DNA from: Eubacteriales bacterium
GTDB taxonomy: Bacteria; Bacillota; Clostridia; Oscillospirales; CAG-272
Direction: 5' to 3'
Length of the DNA stretch: 58,844 bases
Assembly: GCA_045535095.1 (NCBI GenBank)
Contig: JAZSKY010000043.1
Coordinates: 1 to 58,844 of the forward strand
Shown: piece after piece, positions 37,054 to 47,304 of the stretch
Layout of the letters: every line of letters starts with the position of its first letter
Numbering within the stretch: position 1 is the first letter of the stretch
Notes under the pieces: generated by a model
What the model saw: only the letters and a program-made list of their open reading frames with translations
Told to the model about the DNA's origin: nothing
Database searches by the model: none
Program-made: the position numbers and the translations under genes

Positions 37054-37965
37054 ATGCTTTATCTCGGTATAGATACGAGCAACTATACGACGTCAGCCGC
37101 TCTCGTTTCGGACGACGGAAGAGTAGTTGCCGATTCCCGACTCCCTGTCACGGTAGGTGACGGAGAAAGAGGAATACGCCAGTCGGACGCGGTGTTCACC
37201 CACGTCAAAAATCTTCCCGCGGTCCTTGAAGGACTCGGTGAGATAAAGGATCTCGCGGCAATCGGCGTGTCCTACGCTCCGCGCGACGTTAAAGGATCTT
37301 ATATGCCTTGCTTTCTCTCGGGCGTAGCGTCTGCAAAGGGCGCATCTGTCGCAACGGGAAAAGAGCTTTTCGAGTTTTCGCATCAGGCAGGACATATAGC
37401 GGCGGCAGTTTGTACCGCCGGAAGAGAAGAGCTTCTTAACGAAAGATTTCTCGCCTTCCACGTTTCGGGCGGCACAACCGACCTGCTTCTTTGCGATAAA
37501 TTAAATATCACACAGATAGGCGGCACGCTTGATCTCAACGCAGGTCAGGCAATAGACAGAGTGGGCGTTATGCTCGGACTCAGGTTCCCCTGCGGAAAAG
37601 AGCTTGAGGAAATATCGCTTCCTCTTTCCGATGTGAAATCCTACTCGTGCGTAAAGGGAACGTCCTGCAATCTGTCGGGACTTGAAAATAAAGCCGCAGA
37701 TCTTCTTAAAAAGGGAGAGAGCCGGGAATACATCGCGGCGTTCACTCTTAAAAGCGTGCTTGACACCCTTGATAAGATGTGCAAAAACGCACTTGATGAG
37801 TACGGCGACCTTCCCGTAGTCTTTGCAGGAGGAGTTACCGCAAATAAATATATAAAGGACGCGCTTTCAGCAAAATACAACGCAATATTCACCCTTCCCG
37901 AATATTCAAGGGATAACGCGGTGGGAATTGCTTATCTTGCGAGAAAGAGAGCGCTCGGAATTTAA
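37054..37965 (+). CDS. TsaD/Kae1-family (peptidase M22) paralog
   Basis: LGIDTSNYTTS, HQAGH metal motif, VSGGTT, AGGV.AN, DNAVGIA. Confidence 0.88.
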   Translation: MLYLGIDTSNYTTSAALVSDDGRVVADSRLPVTVGDGERGIRQSDAVFTHVKNLPAVLEGLGEIKDLAAIGVSYAPRDVKGSYMPCFLSGVASAKGASVATGKELFEFSHQAGHIAAAVCTAGREELLNERFLAFHVSGGTTDLLLCDKLNITQIGGTLDLNAGQAIDRVGVMLGLRFPCGKELEEISLPLSDVKSYSCVKGTSCNLSGLENKAADLLKKGESREYIAAFTLKSVLDTLDKMCKNALDEYGDLPVVFAGGVTANKYIKDALSAKYNAIFTLPEYSRDNAVGIAYLARKRALGI

Positions 37966-37981
37966 AGAAAGAAACGAAAAT

Positions 37982-39208
37982 ATGATCAGCGAAAGAGAAT
38001 GTCCGATACTCACGGTATCACAGATAACGCAGTATATAAAAGCGATGTTCTCCTCGGACGCGCTCGTTCAGAGCATTTCGGTAAGGGGAGAGATATCAAA
38101 CCTTGTCGAGCGCGGCGGTCACGTCTATCTTACCTTGAAGGATGACGGCGCGGTCATAAAAGCGGTGATATTCAAATCGTCGCTTATGAAAATAAGGTTC
38201 AGACCTGAAAACACTATGCGAGTCGTGGCTCACGGACGAATCAGCGTGTATGAGCCGAGCGGTCAGTATCAGCTTTATATCGACGCGCTCGAGCCCGAGG
38301 GAGTCGGAGCGCTCGCACTTGCTTACGAGCAGCTCAAAAGAAAGCTTGAAGCAGAGGGACTCTTTTCACCCGAAAGAAAAAAGCCTCTTCCTAAAATACC
38401 GAAGGCGGTAGGAGTTATAACTTCTCCGTCGGGTGCGGCGGTAAGAGATATAATAAACGTTCTTACAAGACGCTTCCCGATGGCGAAGATGGTTCTTTAT
38501 CCCTCGCTCGTCCAAGGAAACGATGCTCCTGCATCGCTTTGCGCGGCACTTGAATATTTCAACCGCGAAAACAACGTTGACGTCATAATAATCGGACGCG
38601 GAGGAGGATCTCTTGAGGACCTCTGGGCGTTCAATGACGAAAGGCTTGCGCGTACTGTCAGCGCGTCAAGGATACCCGTTATATCGGCAGTAGGACACGA
38701 AAGCGATTTCACGATATGCGATTTCGTCTCCGATATGCGTGCGCCGACACCCTCTGCCGCGGCAGAGATAGCAGTACCGGATATGATGGAGCTTTCCTCG
38801 AAAATATCGTCTGTGTCGTCAAGACTTAAGATCGGACTTTTAAGTAAGCTTTCGGGACTGAGACGCGAGCTTGACGCTACTATGTCGAAAAGAGTTCTTC
38901 GCGAGCCGAAAATACTCCTTGACGATAAGAATATGCGCCTTTCTCACGCAGTCGATATGCTCGAAAGATCGTACTCTCTCGTCGTTTCGGAGAAGAGAGC
39001 CGAATTTGGCGAAAAAGCATCACGTCTTGACGCACTCAGCCCACTTGCAGTGCTGTCGAGAGGATATTCGGTAGTTTTTGATAAAAGCGGAAAAATGATA
39101 AAAAGCACTTCCGACGTAAAGACGGGAGACGAGATAAAAATACGCGTGCAGAATGGCGTGATAAACGCCGAGGTGCGCGAGTCTATGGGGGACAGTAATG
39201 GAAAATAA
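37982..39208 (+). CDS. xseA: Exodeoxyribonuclease VII large subunit
   Basis: GEISN, VITSPSGAA.RD, GRGGGSLEDLWAFN, SAVGHE.D, PTPSAAAE. Confidence 0.97.
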   Translation: MISERECPILTVSQITQYIKAMFSSDALVQSISVRGEISNLVERGGHVYLTLKDDGAVIKAVIFKSSLMKIRFRPENTMRVVAHGRISVYEPSGQYQLYIDALEPEGVGALALAYEQLKRKLEAEGLFSPERKKPLPKIPKAVGVITSPSGAAVRDIINVLTRRFPMAKMVLYPSLVQGNDAPASLCAALEYFNRENNVDVIIIGRGGGSLEDLWAFNDERLARTVSASRIPVISAVGHESDFTICDFVSDMRAPTPSAAAEIAVPDMMELSSKISSVSSRLKIGLLSKLSGLRRELDATMSKRVLREPKILLDDKNMRLSHAVDMLERSYSLVVSEKRAEFGEKASRLDALSPLAVLSRGYSVVFDKSGKMIKSTSDVKTGDEIKIRVQNGVINAEVRESMGDSNGK

Positions 39209-39419
39209 GAGCTTTGAAGAAATGCTTTCCGAGCTTGAGGCGCTTGCCTCGAGACTTGAGAGCGGAGACGTGACTCTCGAAGAAGCGCTTGAAACCTATA
39301 AAAGAGGTACGCTTCTTGCGTCCGAGTGCGCAAAGCTTCTCGATAATGCCGAAAAGCAGATAAAAATACTCGTCAAAGACGGAGATAAACTTACGGAGAC
39401 CGATTTTTCGGGTAACTAA
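39198..39419 (+). CDS. xseB: Exodeoxyribonuclease VII small subunit
   Basis: SFEE.L.ELE....LESG...LEE....Y.RG; follows xseA. Confidence 0.95.
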   Translation: MENKSFEEMLSELEALASRLESGDVTLEEALETYKRGTLLASECAKLLDNAEKQIKILVKDGDKLTETDFSGN

Positions 39420-39421
39420 AA

Positions 39422-40306
39422 ATGAGTAGTCAGTTAAAAACAATACTTGCCGAGCGCGCAGAGCTTGTTGAAAAGAGACTTGACAGCCTCCTTTCAGAGT
39501 GCGATAGCGATTTCTCGCTTCTCACAGATGCTATGCGATACTCCACACTCGGCGGCGGAAAAAGAATAAGAGCCTTCCTTGCAACCGAGTTTTCATTACT
39601 CGGTAAGGGAAACGCCGATGCGGTTCTCACGTACGCCTCGTGCGTTGAGATGATACACGCGGCATCTCTTATACACGATGATCTTCCTTGTATGGACGAT
39701 GACGATATGCGTCGCGGAAAGCCCGCTTGTCATATCGCATATCCCGAGGATACCGCTCTGCTTGCAGGAGACGCGCTTTTCGTCTATCCTTACGAGGTGA
39801 TAAGCCAAATGGAAAACGTGTCCGATGGCGAAAAGATAGCGGTCATACGCGAGCTTTCGCGCGCGTCGGGTGCTTTCGGAATGATGGGCGGTCAGCAGAT
39901 GGACGTCTCGGGTAAGGCGGATAGCCTTGAAAAGCTTGAAAAGCTTCAGGGACTCAAGACGGGCAGAATGATACGTGCCGCTTGTCTTGTCGGATGTATC
40001 TCGGCAGGCGCGACCGAAAAGAGCGAGCTTTATCTTGCGGCAATAGAGTACGCGGATAAGATCGGACTTGCTTTTCAGATAATAGACGATCTTCTCGACC
40101 TGACAGGCGATCCCCAAACGCTCGGAAAGAGAGTCGGAGTAGATGCAAAGAAGGATATGATGACCTTTGCAAACGCGCTTCCTTACGACGAGGCTCTCGA
40201 CCTTGCGGCAAAATATACCGCAGAGGCTTGCGTAGCCGTATCGAAATTCGAGGGCTCGGAAACGCTTATCTCGCTTGCAAAAGAGCTTCTTCTCAGGAAA
40301 AGCTGA
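39422..40306 (+). CDS. ispA: Geranyltranstransferase / farnesyl diphosphate synthase
   Basis: GGKRIR, SLIHDDLPCMDDDDMRRG, AFQIIDDLLD. Confidence 0.95.
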   Translation: MSSQLKTILAERAELVEKRLDSLLSECDSDFSLLTDAMRYSTLGGGKRIRAFLATEFSLLGKGNADAVLTYASCVEMIHAASLIHDDLPCMDDDDMRRGKPACHIAYPEDTALLAGDALFVYPYEVISQMENVSDGEKIAVIRELSRASGAFGMMGGQQMDVSGKADSLEKLEKLQGLKTGRMIRAACLVGCISAGATEKSELYLAAIEYADKIGLAFQIIDDLLDLTGDPQTLGKRVGVDAKKDMMTFANALPYDEALDLAAKYTAEACVAVSKFEGSETLISLAKELLLRKS

Positions 40307-40307
40307 T

Positions 40308-41087
40308 ATGAGAATAGATAAATACCTTTTTGAAAACGGATTCGCGCAGAGCCGTCAGAAGGCAAAGGAAACGCTTGAAGCTGGACTCGTTTTCGTGGAC
40401 GGAAAGCAGATAACAAAGCCGTCCTACGAATTTGATCCCGAAACGAGATCGGTTGAGGTCAAGGGAAAGCCTTACGTTTACGTCAGCCGCGGCGGAGTCA
40501 AGCTTGAGGGCGCGCTGAAAAGCTTTAATATTGACGCATGCGGTCTTGTCTGCGCAGATATAGGCTCGTCAACCGGCGGCTTTACAGACTGTCTGCTCCG
40601 CTCGGGCGCAGAGAAGGTCTATGCCGTCGATAGCGGAACTAATCAGCTTCACGAAAGCCTGCGTAACGATGCTCGCATCGTCCTTATGGAAAATTTCAAT
40701 GCGCGAAATCTTAGCAGCGAAATACTCGGAGAGAGAGTTGATATGGCGGTCTGCGACCTTTCGTTTATATCGCAAACACATATCTACGCAAGCGTTTCGG
40801 ATATTTTAAAGGAGGCGGGACTTTTCATAAGTCTCATAAAGCCGCAGTTTGAGGCGGGCAGAGAGCATCTTTCAAAGGGCGGTATCGTACGCGATAAAAA
40901 GATACATAAAAGGGTAATAGACACCCTTCTTGCATTGGCTCAGGGACATAAGCTTTACTGCAAGGCGCTCACAGTATCCCCCATTCAGGGCGGAGACGGA
41001 AATATCGAATATCTCGCTCTCTTTGAGAAAAAGGAGACGGACGATATCAGCGGATATATTCTTCAGGCAGACAAGAGTCTGTTCTAA
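40308..41087 (+). CDS. tlyA: TlyA family rRNA 2'-O-methyltransferase
   Basis: S4 domain MRIDKYL, YVSRGGVKL, DIGSSTGGFTD, LIKPQFEAG, GNIEYL. Confidence 0.96.
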   Translation: MRIDKYLFENGFAQSRQKAKETLEAGLVFVDGKQITKPSYEFDPETRSVEVKGKPYVYVSRGGVKLEGALKSFNIDACGLVCADIGSSTGGFTDCLLRSGAEKVYAVDSGTNQLHESLRNDARIVLMENFNARNLSSEILGERVDMAVCDLSFISQTHIYASVSDILKEAGLFISLIKPQFEAGREHLSKGGIVRDKKIHKRVIDTLLALAQGHKLYCKALTVSPIQGGDGNIEYLALFEKKETDDISGYILQADKSLF

Positions 41088-41116
41088 AATAAAGATAGAA
41101 AAGAGGGCATCTTAAA

Positions 41117-41974
41117 ATGAAATACGATTTTAAAAAGATAGCCGTGCTTCCCAATGCCCGTAAGGACGGGGAGCTTATATACACGAAGGCGCTTCTTTCT
41201 GCGCTTGACGGAAAATACGACGTGCTCGTTCAGAAGGAATTTGAATTTCTTGCAGGCGGCTCTGTCAGTGCGGTATGTGACAGCGAATTTTATTCGTGCG
41301 ATCTTATCATCGTTCTCGGCGGAGACGGCACTATCCTTCGCGCGGCATCAAGCGCGGCAAAGGCAGGCACTCCGATAATAGGCATAAATCTCGGACGTCT
41401 CGGATATATTGCCGAGCTTGAGACGGAAAATATTCCAAATATCTCGGAAATACTCTCGGGTGAGCTTTATACCGAGGAGCGCACGATGATAGAGACCTCG
41501 GTCGAAAGAAACGGTGAGAAGATCCTCGACGGTGCAATAGCGCTTAACGATGCGGCAATAGTTCGCGCAAGCGGACTCGGAGTAGTTGAAATAGACCTCT
41601 CCCTCGGCGGCAAGGCGGTATATAAATATCGCGGAGACGGACTCATCGCATCGACTGCAACAGGCTCGAGCGCATACTCGATGTCGGCAGGCGGACCCGT
41701 AATGGACACCGTTCTCGACTGCATTTCGATAACCCCCATCTGCGCGCACTCGCTCAGATGCCGTCCGATAGTCTTTTCGGGAGACTCGGTATTCGAGATA
41801 GTCTCGAAGGCAGACCCCGACCACGCAAAGCTCTCTCTTGACGGAGAGGAGACCTTGAGTCTTGCGGACGGAGATAAGGTCATAATAAAGAAATCCGAGT
41901 ACGTAACGAGACTCGTCAGAGTCGGTGAAGGCAGCTTTTACAGCGTTCTTTACCGCAAAATGTCCGATATTTGA
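41117..41974 (+). CDS. nadK: NAD kinase
   Basis: LGGDGT, GINLGRLGY, LND, DGLI.ST.TGS.AY.MSAGGP. Confidence 0.96.
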   Translation: MKYDFKKIAVLPNARKDGELIYTKALLSALDGKYDVLVQKEFEFLAGGSVSAVCDSEFYSCDLIIVLGGDGTILRAASSAAKAGTPIIGINLGRLGYIAELETENIPNISEILSGELYTEERTMIETSVERNGEKILDGAIALNDAAIVRASGLGVVEIDLSLGGKAVYKYRGDGLIASTATGSSAYSMSAGGPVMDTVLDCISITPICAHSLRCRPIVFSGDSVFEIVSKADPDHAKLSLDGEETLSLADGDKVIIKKSEYVTRLVRVGEGSFYSVLYRKMSDI

Positions 41975-41997
41975 TCAGACGGAGATGATTTAAAGCT

Positions 41998-42456
41998 ATG
42001 AAAAACGAAAGACAGTCCAAGATAATAGAGCTGATAAACAGCTACGATATAGAAACTCAGGAGCTGCTTCTCGATAAGCTTCGCGAGGCGGGATTTGCGG
42101 TAACGCAGGCAACCGTTTCGAGAGATATAAAGGAGCTTAATATCGTAAAGGTCTCGGTAAAGGGCAGGGGATATAAGTACGCAGTAAAGAGTACGTCCTC
42201 TGACAGAGACGGAACGAAATACGCAAATATTCTGCGCGAAGCGGCAATATCGGTAATTTCGGCAGGAAATCTCGTTATAGTAAGAACCTATGCAGGTATG
42301 GCAGATCCGTCTGCCGCAGCTATCGACCTTACGTGGCATAACGATATTTTAGGAAGTATAGCAGGCGACGATACGATCTTCGTTGCAACTGCCGACCCGA
42401 CCTCGGCAGAGAGACTTGCCGATAAAATAAACGCAGTCCTCGGAAGCAGAGACTGA
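41998..42456 (+). CDS. argR: Arginine repressor
   Basis: TQATVSRDIKEL and GSIAGDDTIF. Confidence 0.97.
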   Translation: MKNERQSKIIELINSYDIETQELLLDKLREAGFAVTQATVSRDIKELNIVKVSVKGRGYKYAVKSTSSDRDGTKYANILREAAISVISAGNLVIVRTYAGMADPSAAAIDLTWHNDILGSIAGDDTIFVATADPTSAERLADKINAVLGSRD

Positions 42457-42485
42457 TAAAAAGCTTTAGGAAGGGAGGCTGAAGA

Positions 42486-44174
42486 ATGCTTTCGTCTATC
42501 CATATAGAAAACGTTGCGGTAATAAAAAAGCTGGACGTTGATTTTGAAAAGGGATTTTCGGTGCTTACCGGTGAAACGGGAGCAGGAAAGTCGATACTTA
42601 TAGACTCGCTCGGACTCCTTCTCGGAGCAAAGACCGAAAGAGAGCTCGTCCGTACGGGCGAGAGCAGTGCAAGCGTTTCGGCAGTTTTCTCGGATATAAA
42701 TTCCGACTGCCTTAAAAAGCTTGACGCACTCGGCATCACTCCCGACGAGGAGGGCTGCCTTTTCATTCAGAGAAACGTCACCTCGGACGGAAAATCAAAG
42801 TCCAAAATAAATGGGGCGACCTATCCGCTCTCGCTTCTTCGCGAGGTGGGTGCGCTGCTCGTTAATATCCACGGTCAGCACGATAGCGGTGATATTTTCG
42901 ACGAAAAGACCTACGCCTACCTCGTTGACTATTACGCAGGACTCAGGGACCTTCGCGAAAAATACCGCACGGAATATAAGAAAATGACCTCTGCCATCTC
43001 CGAAAAGGAGCGCCTTTTCTGTGACGAGCGTGAAAAGGAGAGAAAGACAGAGCTTCTCACCTATCAGATAAACGATATTGAGTCGGCAAATCTGAAAGTT
43101 GGCGAGGAGGAAGAGCTTGACAGCGAAAAGAGAGTGCTTAAAAACATTAAGCAGGTCTCAAAGCAGGTAAGCACAGTCTATCGCGCACTTTATAAAAACG
43201 ATAAGGGAATGTCAGCATCGCGCCTTATTGATATTGCGCACGATACTCTTGAAAATATGTCCGAATTTCTGCCCGACTCGGCAGAGTATGCGGAAAGACT
43301 TTACGAAATATCCTTCGAGCTTGAGCATATAGCCGAAAACGTTTTGTCTGCGCTTCCGAGCGAACATAGTGATCCGGAGCTAAGACTTGACGAGATCGAG
43401 AGCCGTCTCGACACTATCCATAAGCTTAAGCGCAAGTACGGAAGCACTCTTGAGGAGGTAATATCCTATCTCGAGAGATCGAAAAAAGAGCTTAACGATG
43501 TAATGCTCTCGGACGATAGAATAAAGGAGCTTGAAAAAGAGATCGCACAGTACCGCGAAAACGCTTTGAAATACGGAAAAGAGCTTTCCGAAAAGAGAAG
43601 CGAGGCGGCGCGCGAGCTTTCCGAAAAGATAAGCGCGGAGATACGCTTTCTCGATATGGAAAAGGTACGCTTTGGAGTTGAGGTCTCACGCGAGATGCAG
43701 GGCGGAGAGATAGCCTTCACACCGAGCGGAATAGATAAGATAGCCTTTATGGTATCGACTAACCCGGGAGAGCCTCCGAAGGCACTTGCAAAGATCGCGT
43801 CGGGCGGTGAGGCGGCGAGAATACTTCTTGCAGTCAAATGCGTGCTGACGAGCGCCGACAGTATCGAAACTCTCATCTTTGACGAGATAGATACAGGCGT
43901 TTCGGGTAAGACCTCGCAGAAAATAGGTATGAAGCTTCGCGAGCTTGGACAAAATCTGCAGATACTTTCGATAACCCACTCGGCACAGGTAGCGTCAAGC
44001 GGCGAGCATCACTTCAAGATAAAGAAAAATGAGGTTGACGGACGCTCGCAAACCACCCTTACAGTCCTTGACAGAGACGGACGTATAGACGAGATCTCAA
44101 GGATAATGGGCGGAGTAAACATCAGTGAAAAAATAAGAGATTCGGCAAGAGAAATGCTTGAAGAATACCTTTAA
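42486..44174 (+). CDS. recN: DNA repair protein RecN
   Basis: TGETGAGKS, IHGQH, coiled coil, ASGGE, IFDEIDTG, ITH. Confidence 0.97.
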   Translation: MLSSIHIENVAVIKKLDVDFEKGFSVLTGETGAGKSILIDSLGLLLGAKTERELVRTGESSASVSAVFSDINSDCLKKLDALGITPDEEGCLFIQRNVTSDGKSKSKINGATYPLSLLREVGALLVNIHGQHDSGDIFDEKTYAYLVDYYAGLRDLREKYRTEYKKMTSAISEKERLFCDEREKERKTELLTYQINDIESANLKVGEEEELDSEKRVLKNIKQVSKQVSTVYRALYKNDKGMSASRLIDIAHDTLENMSEFLPDSAEYAERLYEISFELEHIAENVLSALPSEHSDPELRLDEIESRLDTIHKLKRKYGSTLEEVISYLERSKKELNDVMLSDDRIKELEKEIAQYRENALKYGKELSEKRSEAARELSEKISAEIRFLDMEKVRFGVEVSREMQGGEIAFTPSGIDKIAFMVSTNPGEPPKALAKIASGGEAARILLAVKCVLTSADSIETLIFDEIDTGVSGKTSQKIGMKLRELGQNLQILSITHSAQVASSGEHHFKIKKNEVDGRSQTTLTVLDRDGRIDEISRIMGGVNISEKIRDSAREMLEEYL

Positions 44175-44208
44175 AACATAAGATACAAAAGCAAAGGAGC
44201 AATACAAA

Positions 44209-45438
44209 ATGACACTTTATGAAGAACTCAAGGCGCGCGGACTCGTAGCGCAGGTAACAGACGAAGAGGAGATAGCAGACCTTATAAATAACGGTAAGGC
44301 AACCTTCTATATAGGCTTTGACCCCACAGCAGACTCTCTCACCGCAGGACACTTTATGGCACTTACCCTTATGAAGCGCCTTCAGGACGCAGGCAATAAG
44401 CCGATCGCTCTCGTTGGTGGCGGAACGGGTATGATAGGTGACCCTTCGGGCAGAACCGATATGAGAAGAATGATGACTAAGGAAATAGTCGATCACAACT
44501 GCGAATGTTTCAAGAAGCAGATGAGCCGCTTTATCGACTTCTCCGAGGGCAAGGCGCTCATGGTTAACAACGGCGACTGGCTTCTCGCTCTCAATTACGT
44601 TGAATTTCTCCGTGACATCGGACCGCATTTCAGCGTAAACAAGATGCTTTCGGCAGAGTGCTACAAGCAGAGACTCGAAAAGGGACTCTCCTTCCTTGAA
44701 TTTAACTATATGCTTATGCAGAGCTACGATTTCTATGAGCTCTTCAACAGATACGGCTGTAACCTCCAGTGCGGCGGAGACGACCAGTGGTCGAATATGC
44801 TCGGCGGTACAGAGCTTATAAGACGTAAGCTCGGCAAGGACGCTTACGCGCTCACCATCACCCTTCTTTGCGACTCTAACGGTAATAAGATGGGTAAGAC
44901 CGCAGGAAACGCAGTATGGCTTGATCCCGAAAAGACCTCTCCGTACGATTTCTTCCAGTATTGGAGAAACGTTGGCGACGCAGACGTGCTTAAGTGCATC
45001 AAGATGCTCACCTTCCTGCCGCTTGATCAGATCGCTGAAATGGAATCGTGGGAGGGCTCGCAGCTCAACCGCGCAAAGGAAATACTCGCATACGAGCTTA
45101 CAAAGCTCGTTCACGGTGAGGAGGAGGCAGAGGAGGCTCTCGGCGCTGCAAAGGCAGTTTTCGGCGCAGGAAGTGCATCTGCCGATATGCCCACCACCGA
45201 GCTTTCTGCAGACGACTTCACCGACGGAAAGATCACCGTTATCGGTATGCTTATAAAGTCAAAGCTCGCATCCTCGGGCAGAGACGCAAGAACTCTCATT
45301 TCGCAGGGCGGTATCGCTCTTTGCGACGAAAAGGTTACCGATATGACCGCATCTGTATCGGTAGAGGACTTTGATAATCGCGACGTAGTTATTAAGAAGG
45401 GTAAGAAGATCTTCCACAAGTTCGTTATCAAGAAATAA
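44209..45438 (+). CDS. tyrS: Tyrosine--tRNA ligase
   Basis: YIGFDPTADSL, QCGGDDQW, KMGKT, C-terminal S4 domain. Confidence 0.97.
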   Translation: MTLYEELKARGLVAQVTDEEEIADLINNGKATFYIGFDPTADSLTAGHFMALTLMKRLQDAGNKPIALVGGGTGMIGDPSGRTDMRRMMTKEIVDHNCECFKKQMSRFIDFSEGKALMVNNGDWLLALNYVEFLRDIGPHFSVNKMLSAECYKQRLEKGLSFLEFNYMLMQSYDFYELFNRYGCNLQCGGDDQWSNMLGGTELIRRKLGKDAYALTITLLCDSNGNKMGKTAGNAVWLDPEKTSPYDFFQYWRNVGDADVLKCIKMLTFLPLDQIAEMESWEGSQLNRAKEILAYELTKLVHGEEEAEEALGAAKAVFGAGSASADMPTTELSADDFTDGKITVIGMLIKSKLASSGRDARTLISQGGIALCDEKVTDMTASVSVEDFDNRDVVIKKGKKIFHKFVIKK

Positions 45439-45469
45439 TCACAGCTACTTTAAAAAGGCGGTAAGACCG

Positions 45470-46393
45470 ATGAATTTAACCCAAAAGGAAATATTTTTCG
45501 ATAGGCTTCGCGTCCTTTCGGATGAAGGCAAGATCTCTATCGGCGAAAGCGTTTCTCTTGCCCCGTATTCCACCTTTAAAATAGGCGGAATTGCAGATTT
45601 TATCGTCAAGCCGTTCACGAGAGACGCACTCATTTTTGCCGTAAAAACGGCAAAAGAGTGCGGCATCAAGTACTCTGTCATCGGAAACGGAAGCAACGTT
45701 CTCTTTCCTGACGGACGCTACCGCGGTGCGCTCATCGTGACGACCTCGCTTGCAGAATGTAAATTTGAGGGAAATAAGATATACGCAGACTGCGGATATT
45801 CTTTCACATCTCTTGCATCGCAGGCGCAAAAGAGAGCTCTCAGCGGACTTGAATTTGCATACGGTATTCCCGGAAGCGTAGGCGGAGCGGTCTATATGAA
45901 CGCAGGCGCTTATGACGGAGAGATAAAAAACGTAGTCACAAAAACCTATTGGTACGATAGCGAAAATGATGTTTTCGGTGAGTTTTGCGGCGAGGAAAAC
46001 TCATTCGGTTACAGAGAAAGCGTCTATCAGACAAATTCGTATATCATTCTCGGTGCAGAATTTTCTCTTGCCGAGGGTAAGGGTGACGAAATACTCGAAA
46101 AAATGCAGGGATTTATGAAGGCGCGCCGCGAAAAGCAGCCGCTTGAATATCCGAGCGCAGGAAGCACATTCAAGCGCGCACCCGGATATTTCACCGCAAA
46201 GCTTATCGACGAGGCCGGAATGAAGGGCTACTCGGTCGGCGGAGCGCAGGTATCCGAAAAGCACGCAGGATTCGTTATAAACAAGGGCGGCGCAACAGCC
46301 GAGGACGTTAAAAAGCTCGTTAGCGATATTAAAAAAGCGGTTTTTGAAAGCAGCGGAGTAAATATCGAGTGCGAGATAAGGATAATCGAGTAA
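45470..46393 (+). CDS. murB: UDP-N-acetylmuramate dehydrogenase
   Basis: GNGSN, GIPGSVGGAVYMNAGAY, PSAGSTFK, SEKHAGF. Confidence 0.97.
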   Translation: MNLTQKEIFFDRLRVLSDEGKISIGESVSLAPYSTFKIGGIADFIVKPFTRDALIFAVKTAKECGIKYSVIGNGSNVLFPDGRYRGALIVTTSLAECKFEGNKIYADCGYSFTSLASQAQKRALSGLEFAYGIPGSVGGAVYMNAGAYDGEIKNVVTKTYWYDSENDVFGEFCGEENSFGYRESVYQTNSYIILGAEFSLAEGKGDEILEKMQGFMKARREKQPLEYPSAGSTFKRAPGYFTAKLIDEAGMKGYSVGGAQVSEKHAGFVINKGGATAEDVKKLVSDIKKAVFESSGVNIECEIRIIE

Positions 46394-46408
46394 AACGGGT
46401 AAAAAAAT

Positions 46409-47275
46409 ATGCAGATAATAATACTTACCGGAATGTCGGGCGCAGGAAAGTCAAGCGCAGGGCAGGCACTTGAGGACTTTGGATACTACAAGGTCGATAA
46501 TATGCCCGTATCTATGCTTGGACAGTTTGCCGCGCTCTGCCAAAGCTCAGAGCTTGGAAATAAGGACATAGTATATACTGTTGACGTAAGATCGGAAGGC
46601 GATTTTTCAAATCTGCTTTCTGCGGTCGAGGAAATAAAGGCGCAGTACGGATGCGTTTTCAGAATAATCTTTATGGATGCGTCCGATGAGGCGATAATAA
46701 AGAGATATAAGGAAAGCAGACATATCCACCCGTACGTTATATCGGACGGAATACCGCTTGCCGAGGCGCTCGTCAGAGAGCGAGCAGTGCTTTCCACTGT
46801 CAGAGAGGTCGCAAACGACGTTATAGATACGACCAGCCTCCGACCCAGTCAGATGCGCGATATTTTATCCGATATTCTCGATAGCGAGAAGCCGAGCAAA
46901 TTCACCGTTACCTTTATGACCTTTGGCTTCAAGTACGGTGCGCCCACAGATGCCGACCTCGTTTTCGACGTCAGATGCTTTGCAAACCCACACTATATCC
47001 CCGAGCTGAGACCGCTCACAGGTCTTGATAAGGAGATACGCGATTTCGTACTCGCAGATGAAAGAGCAAAGGAATTTATAGACAAGCTCGACGATATGCT
47101 CTCCTTTATGATACCTCTTTATATAGAGGAAGGAAAGGCGCATCTTACGGTCGCGGTCGGCTGTACGGGCGGACACCACAGATCTGTCACTGTTGCATAC
47201 GAGCTTTGCGAAAGATTTAAAAACAAAATGAGCGATACGAGAACGGTGCTTTGCCACCGCGATATTGACAAATAA
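46409..47275 (+). CDS. rapZ: RNase adapter RapZ/YvcJ family P-loop protein
   Basis: TGMSGAGKS, FGFKYG.P.DAD.VFDVR, GCTGG.HRSV, HRDI. Confidence 0.96.
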   Translation: MQIIILTGMSGAGKSSAGQALEDFGYYKVDNMPVSMLGQFAALCQSSELGNKDIVYTVDVRSEGDFSNLLSAVEEIKAQYGCVFRIIFMDASDEAIIKRYKESRHIHPYVISDGIPLAEALVRERAVLSTVREVANDVIDTTSLRPSQMRDILSDILDSEKPSKFTVTFMTFGFKYGAPTDADLVFDVRCFANPHYIPELRPLTGLDKEIRDFVLADERAKEFIDKLDDMLSFMIPLYIEEGKAHLTVAVGCTGGHHRSVTVAYELCERFKNKMSDTRTVLCHRDIDK

Positions 47276-47304
47276 AATACACAAAGCGAAAGGAATAAAA
47301 GGAG

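Noticed and set aside
40290-40320. OLE RNA, often found downstream of ispA in Clostridia
   Set aside because: ispA and tlyA are 1 nt apart; no room for a ~600 nt RNA or oapA.
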